NCBI RefSeq assembly: GCF_038025025.1
Contig: NW_027117352.1
Span: 620,001-684,000, forward strand
DNA from: Phyllosticta citribraziliensis
Taxonomy: Eukaryota
Length of the DNA: 64,000 bases
Direction: 5' to 3'
The notes under the pieces are model-generated. The model saw only the letters and a program-made list of their open reading frames with translations, did no database searches and was not told where the DNA came from. Position 1 is the first letter of the stretch, and every line of letters begins with the position of its first letter. The position numbers were made by a program, and so were the translations under genes. Below are positions 1-10,034 of the stretch, one piece after another.

Positions 1-2
1 CG

Positions 3-218
3 CACGACGCCGACCCGGGCGCCCCGTCTGGCCCGCGCCTCGGCGGCGCCATGTGGTGGGAGTCGTCGGCCGACAAGCTGGGCGACGAGAGCCTCATCAA
101 TCACGTGTCGACGACCCTGGGTGGCTATAACCAGGCCAAGTTTGAGCATCGTTTGAATTGTTTGGTGTACCCGGAGAGCAGGTTTGATAATTTGAGGAAT
201 GGGTTTCCCGGGGAGTAG
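3..218 (+). CDS. GH18 chitinase, 3' end (partial, runs off window start)
   Basis: Frame from nt 3 reads ...[24 protein letters not shown]...[20 protein letters not shown] (TAG 216-218). [11 protein letters not shown] and YPES-FDNLR are typical of fungal class V/GH18 chitinase C-termini. Confidence 0.85.
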   Translation, partial: HDADPGAPSGPRLGGAMWWESSADKLGDESLINHVSTTLGGYNQAKFEHRLNCLVYPESRFDNLRNGFPGE

Positions 219-552
219 GGTTGGGTTGGGGTTGAGAGAGGGGAGGGCGTTGATGGGTTGGCATGTTTTGGTTTGGGTTAATTATAGCCGTGTTTTATTT
301 GAAAAATCTTTCTCGATGCTTTTGGATTGTCGTGGAGCCGTCTGCCTTCTCCCTGCTGTGTGAATCTTGAACTCGATACCGAGCCACTGATAGTGCCACA
401 CGGACGGCTGCTGGTAAATTGGATGGAATATTTACGAACTCTGCTGCTGTTGTACACATCCGGGACCTCTCGATGCCTCTACGCCGGACGCTTGATCTCG
501 CCAGGAATCTATTGCAAATAAAATGCTTTTCTTTACAGCCACGTCGACACGC

Positions 553-1409
553 CTATTTGCCCTTCTTGACCCAGTCCTCGACGGTTTCCCTGGCGCTGCC
601 AATCTTCTCCTCCAACATGGCGACGCTCATCTTGCTGTGGGCCTTGCCCGTCTCGACGAAGCGCGTGACGCGGTCCTTGATGCGCAGGTGGTTCTCGGCG
701 AGGGCGGGGTAGCGCTCCTCGTACGTCCAGATGAGGTTGCCGACGTTGCGGGTGGTGAGGGGGAGCAGGGCGTACGAGGCAGCGACGCCGACGGCGACGG
801 GCACCGACGCGCGCAGCAGGATGTTGCGGTTGCGCGTGACGATGCTGCCGGCCATGGCCGACACCAGCACGTACAGCCCGCCGGGCATGACGCGCTCGCC
901 GCTCTCCTTGGGCGGCGCCAGCGACGCCACCGTCTGCGTGAAGCTGTTTTCCAGCCGCAGCGCCTCCGTCAGCCCGCTGTTGACCTTGTCCTCGGCCGCC
1001 GCGGCGTAGCCATGCAGGAACAGCCGCCCGCGGGCCACTTGTTCGGTCAGCCGCTCGGTCGGCGTGGGAGCGTACGGCTTTTGAGCGGAGGGCTGCGTCT
1101 TGACGGGTTGCTGCTGGGGCTCGTCCTTGGGCGGCGCCGGCGCGGTGAAGTCGTCGTAGATGGGCTTGCGGAGTGCCTGCGGGACTGTTTAGAGCTCGTT
1201 TCCTGGACACATGGAGGTACAAACCGATTCCAATGGGTTTTCGGGGCTCTCAGCGTGCACATAGCGAGCGGAGGATAGGGCGAGACCGGCCGCAAGAATT
1301 GCGGACGTCGCCGGCACAACGGCGCGCTGGAAAGTGGTGAGCGGGATGCCAATTGGTAGAGTAGAGTGCAGGAGCATCTCACCTGCCGGAGGAGCGGTCT
1401 AAAGGCCAT
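553..1409 (-). CDS. MICOS complex subunit MIC26/MIC27 (apolipoprotein O family)
   Basis: Three exons (1409-1383, 1326-1225, 1176-553) with GT..AG introns that join in frame: MAFRPLLRQ/RAVVPA...VHAE.../ALRKPIYDD...PGGLYVLVSAMAGSIVTRNRNILLR. Mitochondrial presequence-like N-terminus plus ApoO-family motif. Confidence 0.85.
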
Positions 1410-1650
1410 GGCGGAGGACAAGGACGGGTCAATGGGGAGCAGTCGACGTCGGCAACGTCAAGGTGTTTGCACGATCGAAGTTGGTTGCGTCGGTCCCCCG
1501 GGCAGGGCAGGGCCGGGGCAGAGACGGAGCCTCCCGGGATCCGCGCGCGGCACCGCCAAGCTCGTCTGCCGTCATTCGTTAACAACACCACCGCCTGCTC
1601 TTCATGGACGCTCCCTCTGTGTCCTCACCAACCTCCTCCCCGTGTTCGAA

Positions 1651-4044
1651 ATGCTGAGGCGCTCCGCCAGACGATCGTGGACCTGCTCCAGTTGTCTGCG
1701 CCTCCAGCAGCAGCAGTCCCGCCAACAGTGGCGGCTCAAGTCAACCTCTGCCGCTGCTGCTGCCGCCGCCCCGGCCAGCAGCCACTCGAGTCCTGCCTCG
1801 CATGCAGCGCCCGCCACGACGCATGATGACCGCGTGCTCCGCCAAATCTTCGACTCGCCCAAGTTCTGGCGCGAGTTCTCGGATCGCACGCGACACCAGG
1901 TCTCGGCCAAGTCGGCCGGCCTCTTCCAAAACCGCTACCTCACCAGGCCCGAAGGCTTCCACCAGTTTGCCGAGGTCACGCTGCAGAAATGCATCAAGAT
2001 TGTCGACAAGGTCCTGCGCGCGCAGACGGTGCCCGAGTACAAGTCCATCGCCCGGGACCTGGACAGGCTGAGCGACCTCTTGTGTCGCGTGATCGACCTC
2101 ACAGACTTTGTCCGCGCGACCCATCCCGACCCCAAGACACAAATGGCCGCGTCGCAGGCGTACGCCATCATGTTCGAGTACATGAACCGCCTCAACACGA
2201 CCACGGCGCTGAACGACCAGCTCAAAGTCGCCGCCGCCACGGCCGAGGTCTGGGACTCGTGGTCCGCCGAGGAACAAATGGTGGCGAACATTTTGATGAA
2301 GGACTTTTCCAAATCGGCCATTGACTTGCCCGAGGAGGAACGCCAGCGCTTCGTGACGCTGTCCAACGACATTGCGAACACGGGCACCGACTTTGTGGAC
2401 AAGATGGCTCCGGAGACGCCCTACTTGCGGTTCGACAGCAGCCAGATGAAGGGCATGGATCCCATGTTGGCAAGGAACTTGACCAGGTTCGGCAAAGTCA
2501 CCTTGCCCACGGTAGGTTCGCCTGCGTTGATGGCTTTGCGGACTGTCGAGGATCCTGATGTCAGGAGAGAGATTTACATGGCCAACCGCACGGCGTCGAG
2601 ATCCAACATCAACAGACTCGAGACATTGCTGGCCAAGAGGGCGGAGCTGGCAAAGCTCTCGGGCTACGACAATTGGTCGCAGATGGCCCTGACTGACAAG
2701 ATGGCGCGCACGCCAGAGGCTGTAAACCAGTTCTTGCAGGCTTTGGTAGAGGACAACCATATCCAGGTCAATCAGGAGCTCCAGGAGCTTCTTGAGCTGA
2801 AGAAATCGGATGCGCGCAAAGGCAACTTTCCTGATCGACTCACTGCATGGGATAGGGATTACTACACTACCAAGCTTCTGTCATCTCTCCGTACTCGCAT
2901 CCGTTCCCCTGATTTTCTCTCGTCCTACTTCTCTCTTGGGACTGTAATGCAGGGTTTGTCTCGTCTCTTTTCCCGTCTGTATGGAATTCGTCTCGTACCA
3001 CACGAAACACTGCCCGGAGAGACATGGAACCCCGATGTTCGCCGTCTGGATGTCATTGATGAGAATGACGGCCACATTGCTGTGGTATACTGCGACCTAT
3101 TCTCAAGGCCTGGCAAGAATCCCAATCCTGCGCACTTTACACTGCGCTGCAGCCGTCTCATCTCAGGGGACGAGATTGCCGAAGCATCTAGCACCACGCA
3201 CCCCTTTTCGTCGCCCATCGAGGCCGCCACGGATGGCATGGCGTCTTCGCCCAACCCGGCAGACTCGACTGGTCAGTCCGTCTACCAGCTGCCGACCATC
3301 GCCCTCATCTGTGATTTCGACACGGTGGGACAGTCACCTCTGTCAGCGCGGCCAACGCTACTATCCTTCCGCGAAGTGCAGACGCTCTTCCACGAAATGG
3401 GCCACGCAATCCACTCCATCTGCGGCCGCACGACGCTGCAAAACGTAGCCGGAACGCGCTGCGCGACCGACTTCGCCGAGCTGCCGTCGGTGCTGATGGA
3501 GCACTTTGCCGCCGCGCCACAAGTGCTGTCGCTGTTCGCGCGGCACTACGAGACCGACTCGCCGCTGCCCTACCAGCTCGTCCAGGAGCGCGTCGACATT
3601 GACCGCCGCATGGCCGGCGCCGAAATCGAGGCCCAGATCCTGCTCGCCATGCTCGACCAGGCGTACCACTCGTCGCTCCCGCTGGACCGCTCCTTCAACT
3701 CCACCCGCACCTACCACGACATCTACAACGCGCACTCGACCATCCCGGAGCCCGCGGGCACCGCGTGGCAGGGCTTCTTCGGGCACCTGTTTGGCTACGG
3801 CGCCACGTACTATAGCTACCTGTTTGACCGCGCCATCGCGGGCAAGGTGTGGCGCGACGTCTTCCTGTCCGGCGAGCGCAGCGTCGATCGCGAGGCTGGC
3901 GCCCGCTACCGCGACGAGGTGCTCAAGTGGGGCGGCGGCCGCGATGGCTGGCGCTGTGTCGCTGGTGTCCTGGGACAGGACGAGTTGGCTGAGGGCGGCA
4001 CGCAGGCTATGAAGGAGGTCGGTAGGTGGGGTGTCAGGCAGTAA
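1651..4044 (+). CDS. OCT1: Mitochondrial intermediate peptidase (M3 metallopeptidase)
   Basis: Intronless ORF from MLRRSARRSW (Arg/Ser-rich presequence). Contains DRLSDLLCRVID, AHFTLRCSR, the zinc motif FHEMGHAIHS, DFAELPS and FGHLFGYGATYYSYLFDRAIA. Confidence 0.95.
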   Translation: MLRRSARRSWTCSSCLRLQQQQSRQQWRLKSTSAAAAAAAPASSHSSPASHAAPATTHDDRVLRQIFDSPKFWREFSDRTRHQVSAKSAGLFQNRYLTRPEGFHQFAEVTLQKCIKIVDKVLRAQTVPEYKSIARDLDRLSDLLCRVIDLTDFVRATHPDPKTQMAASQAYAIMFEYMNRLNTTTALNDQLKVAAATAEVWDSWSAEEQMVANILMKDFSKSAIDLPEEERQRFVTLSNDIANTGTDFVDKMAPETPYLRFDSSQMKGMDPMLARNLTRFGKVTLPTVGSPALMALRTVEDPDVRREIYMANRTASRSNINRLETLLAKRAELAKLSGYDNWSQMALTDKMARTPEAVNQFLQALVEDNHIQVNQELQELLELKKSDARKGNFPDRLTAWDRDYYTTKLLSSLRTRIRSPDFLSSYFSLGTVMQGLSRLFSRLYGIRLVPHETLPGETWNPDVRRLDVIDENDGHIAVVYCDLFSRPGKNPNPAHFTLRCSRLISGDEIAEASSTTHPFSSPIEAATDGMASSPNPADSTGQSVYQLPTIALICDFDTVGQSPLSARPTLLSFREVQTLFHEMGHAIHSICGRTTLQNVAGTRCATDFAELPSVLMEHFAAAPQVLSLFARHYETDSPLPYQLVQERVDIDRRMAGAEIEAQILLAMLDQAYHSSLPLDRSFNSTRTYHDIYNAHSTIPEPAGTAWQGFFGHLFGYGATYYSYLFDRAIAGKVWRDVFLSGERSVDREAGARYRDEVLKWGGGRDGWRCVAGVLGQDELAEGGTQAMKEVGRWGVRQ

Positions 4045-4706
4045 GGGCACAGCCATTGTCGAAGCACTGAGACCTGGCGCTGCGGTTAGCAGGTAGTGCT
4101 CATCTGCTATCACACTGACGCTCAGGAACTGTCGTCCGCCATGACAGACTCGCTGTGGCGCTGTCGTCCACCACTGCAGCTTTCCCATCTCTCGACACCC
4201 ACCCACTGTGTAGCGAGAGTCGCAGTACTTGATCTTTATTTGCACTTTGTGCTTCTTGTACAGAAAGACAGACAGACAGATATTGCGGTGTTTGGGCCGG
4301 TCATGCGCAAGGCGGCGGTTGGTGTGCGGTGTCTTTTGGGTCGATCCGATTGCTTTGGTCTATTTTTGGAGGCGAAGCGTTGGCGAATGGAATTGCGCGT
4401 AGAATGCATGGGCGGCACTGACTGACTGAATCGTTGGCTGGCTGATTGACCGTCTGCGATGTGGGACTTGTGGGTAGTCACAAGTCACTGAATTATATAG
4501 AGTGAACGTGTAGAAAGAGAGAAAGTTTGAACGCTGTTGATTCAGTGGGTGGGGGTATCAATTAATCTATCTATCTATCAATCCGTCAATCGCCTCTATC
4601 AAGGGGTGTCTTCTTGATGGGGTCGGGCCTCCTCATTAGTGGAGTCCCATCCCTCCGCTTCGTCACTCATCATCTCACGCCATGGGAACGTTCCTTCGTC
4701 TCCCTC

Positions 4707-6182
4707 TCACATCACGACACACCGCCCCCCCACAAACGCCTGCCCATAGCGATCCACACCGGCGGCAACCTCATTCTCCTTTTGTTTCGCCCTCACCTCC
4801 TCAGGAAAATAGCGCCTCAAAAACCGCGCGAGCGCCGGATCCAAATTATTAGCATCGGCCTGCATGACGACGTTCCCGCGGCACAGAGGGCAGTGATCCT
4901 GACGCGCGCGCTGCAGCACGACCAGGCAGCGGATGCAGAAGATGTGGCCGCAGCGCAGCCGGATGGGCCGCCACGAGATGCCGAAGCACACGGGGCAGAG
5001 GTAGTCGTCCAGGCTCGGCACCAGCGGCAGCAGCGAGGTGGAGAGTTGGTGGCAGATTGCTTTGGCGGTGGAGGCCGGGAGGAGGGTGAGGCCGTGGGGG
5101 AGGAGTTGGAGGGTTGTGGGGAAGGTGGTTTTGATGTTGAGGGCGGTGCGTTTGTCGAATTCTGGAGCTTGGTTAGCGCGTGTTTGGAGATACTGGCTGT
5201 GGTGGATGGGGGAGAGGAGAGGAGAGGGTGGTGTTGCACTTTTGAGAATCTTCTTCATGGCCAGGTCGTTGATCTCCTGGAACCGCATGCTCTGCAGCAT
5301 CTCGACGTTGAGCTGCAAGAAGCGCTCCAGCGCCACCGCGCTCTCCTTCTTCTTGAAAGCTACCGCTATCTCCTGCCGCCGCAGCTCGTCCGAGAACTTT
5401 TGCAGCTGCGCCTGCGCCGTCGCCGCGTCGCGCTGCTGTCCGCGGTCTTGGTCGCCGTTCGCCGAGAAAAAGATGCTCGAGTCTACGTACAGCTCGAAGA
5501 CGCGCCGCCACTTGGTCAGGTCGACCTTGGACGCGGTGCGCCGGTCTGGCTCCGTCACTTTGGACACGACGGCGCCCAGTTCGGTTACTTGGGCGCTGAG
5601 GCGCGTCTTTTCTGCCGTCTGCAGAGCAGCGAGCCCGGATAGCTCGGTCGTCAGGATGCTGAAGAATTCCGAGTCCGAAGTTAGTGGCAGCTCGACCATG
5701 CGGAAGGGTCGCAAGGCTGTTGGGCGGAGCGGGCCGTCTGGGGAAGGCGATCCCCCCGTAGACGAGTCTTGTTCGCTTGAAGAGTCGAGCCTGAGTTGCG
5801 AGAGTCGGGATCCGGATAGCACTGGTTGGCTTAGAGAGAGCTGCTGCAGATAGTCGCGCGTTGTCGGCGAGAGATGGGCGTCCAGCGGCTCGCCCGTAGC
5901 CTCGTCGACTGCAATCAGCAGCTTGGGCTCAAACAAGGCGGCGCAAGAAGCATCGGCGTCTGGGTTCAGCAGCAGATATTGGGCGTGCCTCTCGTCCCTC
6001 TCTTGCTCGGCGGTGCGTAGAACCTGGCCCAGCGTCTCGACGTCGAGTCCCAGCCGGTCCAGCTCCCGCTCGACTTTTTTGATGCATTTCTTCAGCTGCC
6101 GGTAGGATATGGCGGCCGTGACCCATTCGGGAGGGTAGCCGTCATTTTGCAAGCGCTCCTGGAAGGCGTGGGCAAACTTCAT
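4707..6182 (-). CDS. SPX-domain plus C3HC4 RING finger protein (putative E3 ligase)
   Basis: Starts MKFAHAF...AISYRQLKKCIKKV (SPX helices 1-2). Removing a 78-nt intron (5162-5239) restores KILKKFDKRT. C-terminal RING: CPVC...CGHIFCIRC...CPLC. Confidence 0.9.
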   Translation of the reverse strand: MKFAHAFQERLQNDGYPPEWVTAAISYRQLKKCIKKVERELDRLGLDVETLGQVLRTAEQERDERHAQYLLLNPDADASCAALFEPKLLIAVDEATGEPLDAHLSPTTRDYLQQLSLSQPVLSGSRLSQLRLDSSSEQDSSTGGSPSPDGPLRPTALRPFRMVELPLTSDSEFFSILTTELSGLAALQTAEKTRLSAQVTELGAVVSKVTEPDRRTASKVDLTKWRRVFELYVDSSIFFSANGDQDRGQQRDAATAQAQLQKFSDELRRQEIAVAFKKKESAVALERFLQLNVEMLQSMRFQEINDLAMKKILKSATPPSPLLSPIHHSQYLQTRANQAPEFDKRTALNIKTTFPTTLQLLPHGLTLLPASTAKAICHQLSTSLLPLVPSLDDYLCPVCFGISWRPIRLRCGHIFCIRCLVVLQRARQDHCPLCRGNVVMQADANNLDPALARFLRRYFPEEVRAKQKENEVAAGVDRYGQAFVGGRCVVM

Positions 6183-6571
6183 CGAAGCAGATGGTGAGTC
6201 CTGGCTGGTGATGATTTCAACGTTGACGGTGATGTGCCGTACGCAGGCTTGGGCTGGACCCGCACGACGACAAGGCGCATGATGGATGAGGAGGAAGAGT
6301 CGAGACCGGGGAGAGGCGCAAAAATGCAGTCGACAAGGCGCGCCTTCGGAGTGCTTGACTGCGTGCGATGACGATTGGTCGGGTTGGGTGAGGATGACGG
6401 ATGGGTGGCTCCGCCTCATGACTCGTTTTGCAGTTTTGGCTGCTCATCCTAGCTCATCCATGCTAAAACAACACGCTACTTTTCCGTTTCTTTATAAACT
6501 CGCGTGCGTCCTCGAGGCGATTGTTCCTGGCAAAAAGTCGTCTTGTCCGTCTATATCCAGGTACTCGCATC

Positions 6572-8303
6572 ATGGGCGCAGGCCAGAGCTCCGCGAGCGG
6601 CGGCGCGTCCTCGCAGACGACCGACGCCGCTGTCAAGACCAGCTACTACGAGCTGCTGGGCATAGAACGACAGGCAACAGAAGAAGAGTGCGCACCATTC
6701 TCGTCCGTAGTCTCTCCGTCGCTAACACATCTGCTGCAGGATCCGGAAAGCCTACCGCCGCAAAGCGCTCGAGCTACACCCAGATCGAAACTATGGACGC
6801 GAAGAATGGGCCACGGAGCTCTTCGCCGAAATCCAATCCGCCTACCAAGTGCTGTCCGACCCGCAAGAGCGCGCATGGTACGACTCGCACGAATCCGCCA
6901 TTCTGCGCGGCGCGGATCCGGCCGATGAGCACTTTGAGCACGACGTCAAGGTGACGACGGCCGACGACATTGCGCGGATGATGAAGAAGTTCAACAGCCG
7001 CGTCGAGTATTCGGACGAGTCGACCGGCTTCTTTGGATACTTGCGCGAAGTCTTTGAGACGCTGGCGAAGGAGGAGCGCGTCGCGGCGAGCTGGGACGGG
7101 CTGGACGTGGTCGATTATCCTGGGTTTGGTGGCGAACATGACGATTATGACGACGCGGTCAAGAATTTCTACGCCGTCTGGGGCTCTTTTTCCACGAAGA
7201 AATCATTCTCGTGGATGGACAAGTACCGATACTCTGACGCGCCGGACCGACGAACGAGAAGATTTCTGGAAAAGGAGAATGCTCGATTCCGCGAGGAGGG
7301 CATTAGGGAGTTCAACGACGCGGTTCGGCAGTTGGTTGCCTTTGTGCGCAAACGAGACCCTCGATACTTGCCAAACACGCAGACGGAGACGGAGCGCCAG
7401 CAGATGCTGCGGGACATGCGTGCGGCTCAAGCGGCACGCGCAAGGGCCGCTCACGAAGCCAAGATGAACGAGGAGGTTCCCGAGTGGACTAAGACACGGG
7501 AACCGGAAGAATTAGAAGAGGAGGAAGAGGAAGAGATTGTTGAGGAGCATTTTGAATGCGTGGCCTGCAACAAGACATTCAAGAGTGAAAAGCAGTGGGA
7601 GGCACATGAGAAGAGCAAGAAACATCAAAAGGCGGTTTATGCTTTGCAAAAGAAGATGAGGAAAGAAAACAAGAATCTCCACCTCGACGACGAAGTCCCA
7701 AGCAGCGGCATGGCGACTCCTGACGATGCAGAAGAGGACTGGGCAGAAGAGCCTCGGACTCCTGACGACGTGGAGGACGCTGCCGAAGCAATCCAAAACA
7801 CTACTCTCGAGAATGACAGCCTCTCGGACGCCGACGAGAAAATGAACAGGGGACAGCCCACAAAGAGACCATCGCAACCCTCGCCAGCAGACCCTCTCGA
7901 CAACGCCTCAGACTCCGATCAATCTTCCTCCAACTCCGACTACGTGCCCCGTTCCAAACTCGAATCGCGCCTTGCGGGCACTTCCGCAGAGCCCCCACTG
8001 GAGGAACAACCACATTCCCAACAACCCAGTGCCGAAGTCGACCTTGAGGAAGATGACGAAGACAACACAGCCTTCAAACAGTCTCAACCCAAAATAGGCA
8101 AGGCGGCACAAAAGCGCGCAAAGAAGGCGGCTAAGCTCGCCGAAGCCGAGGCCGAGGAACTCAAGCACAAGTGCGCCGTCTGCAGCGAGGCGTTTTCCTC
8201 GAAGACCCAGCTCTTTCGGCATGTCCGCGATGAGGGACATGCAGCGCCTGTCCCGCAGGCTGGCAAGGGCGCTGGTGGGGGAAAGAAGAAGGGGAAGAAA
8301 TGA
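6572..8303 (+). CDS. JJJ1: J-domain protein with C2H2 zinc fingers, Jjj1/DNAJC21-like (60S biogenesis co-chaperone)
   Basis: Exon 1 is MGAGQS...YYELLG; intron 6688-6739; then IRKAYRRKALELHPDRNYG (HPD motif), LSDPQERAWYDSH, FVRKRDPR, and C2H2 fingers CVACNKTFKSEKQWEAHEKSKKH and CAVCSEAFSSKTQLFRHVRDEGH. Confidence 0.9.
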
Positions 8304-8550
8304 GTGTTGGTTTTGACGAAATCGGGACCATTGGATGTCAAGAGATGAAGGCTGCTCCCTGGGAGGTCAAAAGGGCTCGTCAACGGACCAGTCGAAGGGA
8401 CTGTTGACAAAGATGTCCGCACCACGCTCGGAAAAGTGCGAGAGCGAGAGCGAGGATGCTGGCATTAGTAAGCGAGGACGGGATACGACGACCATCGAGT
8501 CATACCGTCTGTCACTCTACCACTACACAGGGAACAGTACAAATAAACCG

Positions 8551-8900
8551 ACGCCTCAGACTCCGACCCCAATCTCGTCCCTGCTCCAACTCGAATCCCC
8601 ACAGCATTCTCCACGCCAAGAACCACCAACTACGTCAACGAAGACACCCATCAGCATCAGCGGCAAACCCGAATGGGCAAACCCGCGCAGCGCGCAAAGA
8701 AGGCGGCCAAGTCGGCCAAAGACAAAGCCGAGGCCGAGCAGCTCAAGCACAAGTGCGCCGTGTGCGGCGAAGCTTTCTCGTTGAAGTTCCAGCTGCTGGC
8801 GCATTTGCGGAATGAGAGGCACGATGTGCCTGTTCCGCTCGTTGTGAGGGGCGCGGGTGGGTATCATGATGGGAAGAAGGGGCACAAGGCGAAGAAATGA
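8551..8900 (+). pseudogene. Degenerate tandem duplicate of the JJJ1 3' end (last C2H2 finger)
   Basis: DNA such as acgcctcagactccga and ctcaagcacaagtgcgccg recurs from ~7903-8303. ORF 8673-8900 (QRAKKAAK...AEAEQLKHKCAVCGEAFSLKFQLLAHLRNERH) mirrors the JJJ1 C-terminus. Confidence 0.75.
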
Positions 8901-9120
8901 GCTCAAGAGGTGGATTTTCTGTCATTTCTTTTTCCCGCCGCGTCGTCTCGCGCGTGTCCGCTGGCTGTCTGAGGCTCTTGTTGGCCTCGCGAAAAGTGCA
9001 TAGCGTCGGTGCTAGGCAAAACTCTCCTTGCTTTTTCTTCGGGTTTTGAGGGTTGGCGCCATGGTGTTGGAAGATGTGGCTCTGAGTTCGCCGGACCGGC
9101 CCGGAGAGTGTCTCACATCA

Positions 9121-9460
9121 CCAAAAGCTGAACCTGGGGACCTGGACCTATCATTCAGCTCTGCAGATCACTCGGTGGTCGTCTTTTCTTTTCAAAGCCG
9201 CTGTGGCGTCTTGCGTCACGTCGGAGTGCGCATGTGGCGGAAAAAAGATCAAGAGTCCTAGATGAAAAGATGGTGTTTCTTTTGGAGACGTGTTTCCTCG
9301 CCAAGAGCTGCACCTTGAGAATCATCATTCAGCTACCCCGATTACTCTGGGAGCTGCCATTTCTTTTGACACCCACGTTGGCGTCTTGCGTCACACTGGA
9401 GTTCCCACGTGACGGAAAGTAGATGAAGAGTCCTAGATGAGAAGATGGTGTTTTTCTGAG
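9121..9460. repeat. Two-copy degenerate direct repeat, period ~174-180 bp
   Basis: ccaaaagctg..tcattcagct..ggcgtcttgcgtcac..aagagtcctagatgaaaagatggtgtt at ~9121-9290 is repeated as ccaagagctg..tcattcagct..ggcgtcttgcgtcac..aagagtcctagatgagaagatggtgtt at ~9301-9460. Confidence 0.8.
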
Positions 9461-10034
9461 GTTTCGGGAAGCGACCTGGGGCGTACAGAATTGCGTCTGC
9501 AAGGCTGAGACGATGCAGAGAGCTGAGCGAAGAGTGGCTTACTGAAGGCTTGCAGGAGGCTCAACAAGCGACTCTGCCGATTTGGGTTGATTGGTTGTCT
9601 TACTTCTCTCGTCTAACCTTCCGCGCTGGGTTCCCCTTTTCCTCTTGACTCTTTCTTTACGTCTTTCGAATTGGACGGCCTTGCATGGCAGTTTATCGCA
9701 TACGCTTGAGCAGTTGCAGAATCGCCACGCTGCTGAATTGGCATGTTGCGCTCGGACGACGGTGGCATTGCTTTTTCGAACCACTGTGCTGAGGTATTTC
9801 TTGAGAAGCGTCACCTCGCTGGTTTCCGTCTCCTCGTCTCTCGTTCTACTTCTCTCCAGGCTCATCGTTTAGCCCCTTCTCGAGACTTGTTGACGGAAGG
9901 CACACGACACGCTCTTGTTGTTCCGGTCTGCAGTTGACGCGGCCGGGCACAACATCTTACTACCAACTCCTCGAACGTCACGCCTGCCCCAACGGACGGC
10001 CTTTCAGAAACCACGTACTCGACTCCTTCTCAAA

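Noticed and set aside
1366..1650. N-terminal extension of the OCT1 ORF, and the similar 6183-6419 extension of SPX-RING
   Set aside because: The OCT1 extension starts at a non-ATG codon and overlaps the neighbouring gene. In both cases the conserved protein starts at the downstream ATG (1651 and 6182).
523..5853. Long antisense or alternative-frame ORFs (523-1278, 1741-2760, 3361-4245, 4614-5642, 5038-5853)
   Set aside because: They are shadows of high-GC3 genes on the opposite strand and have no recognisable motifs.
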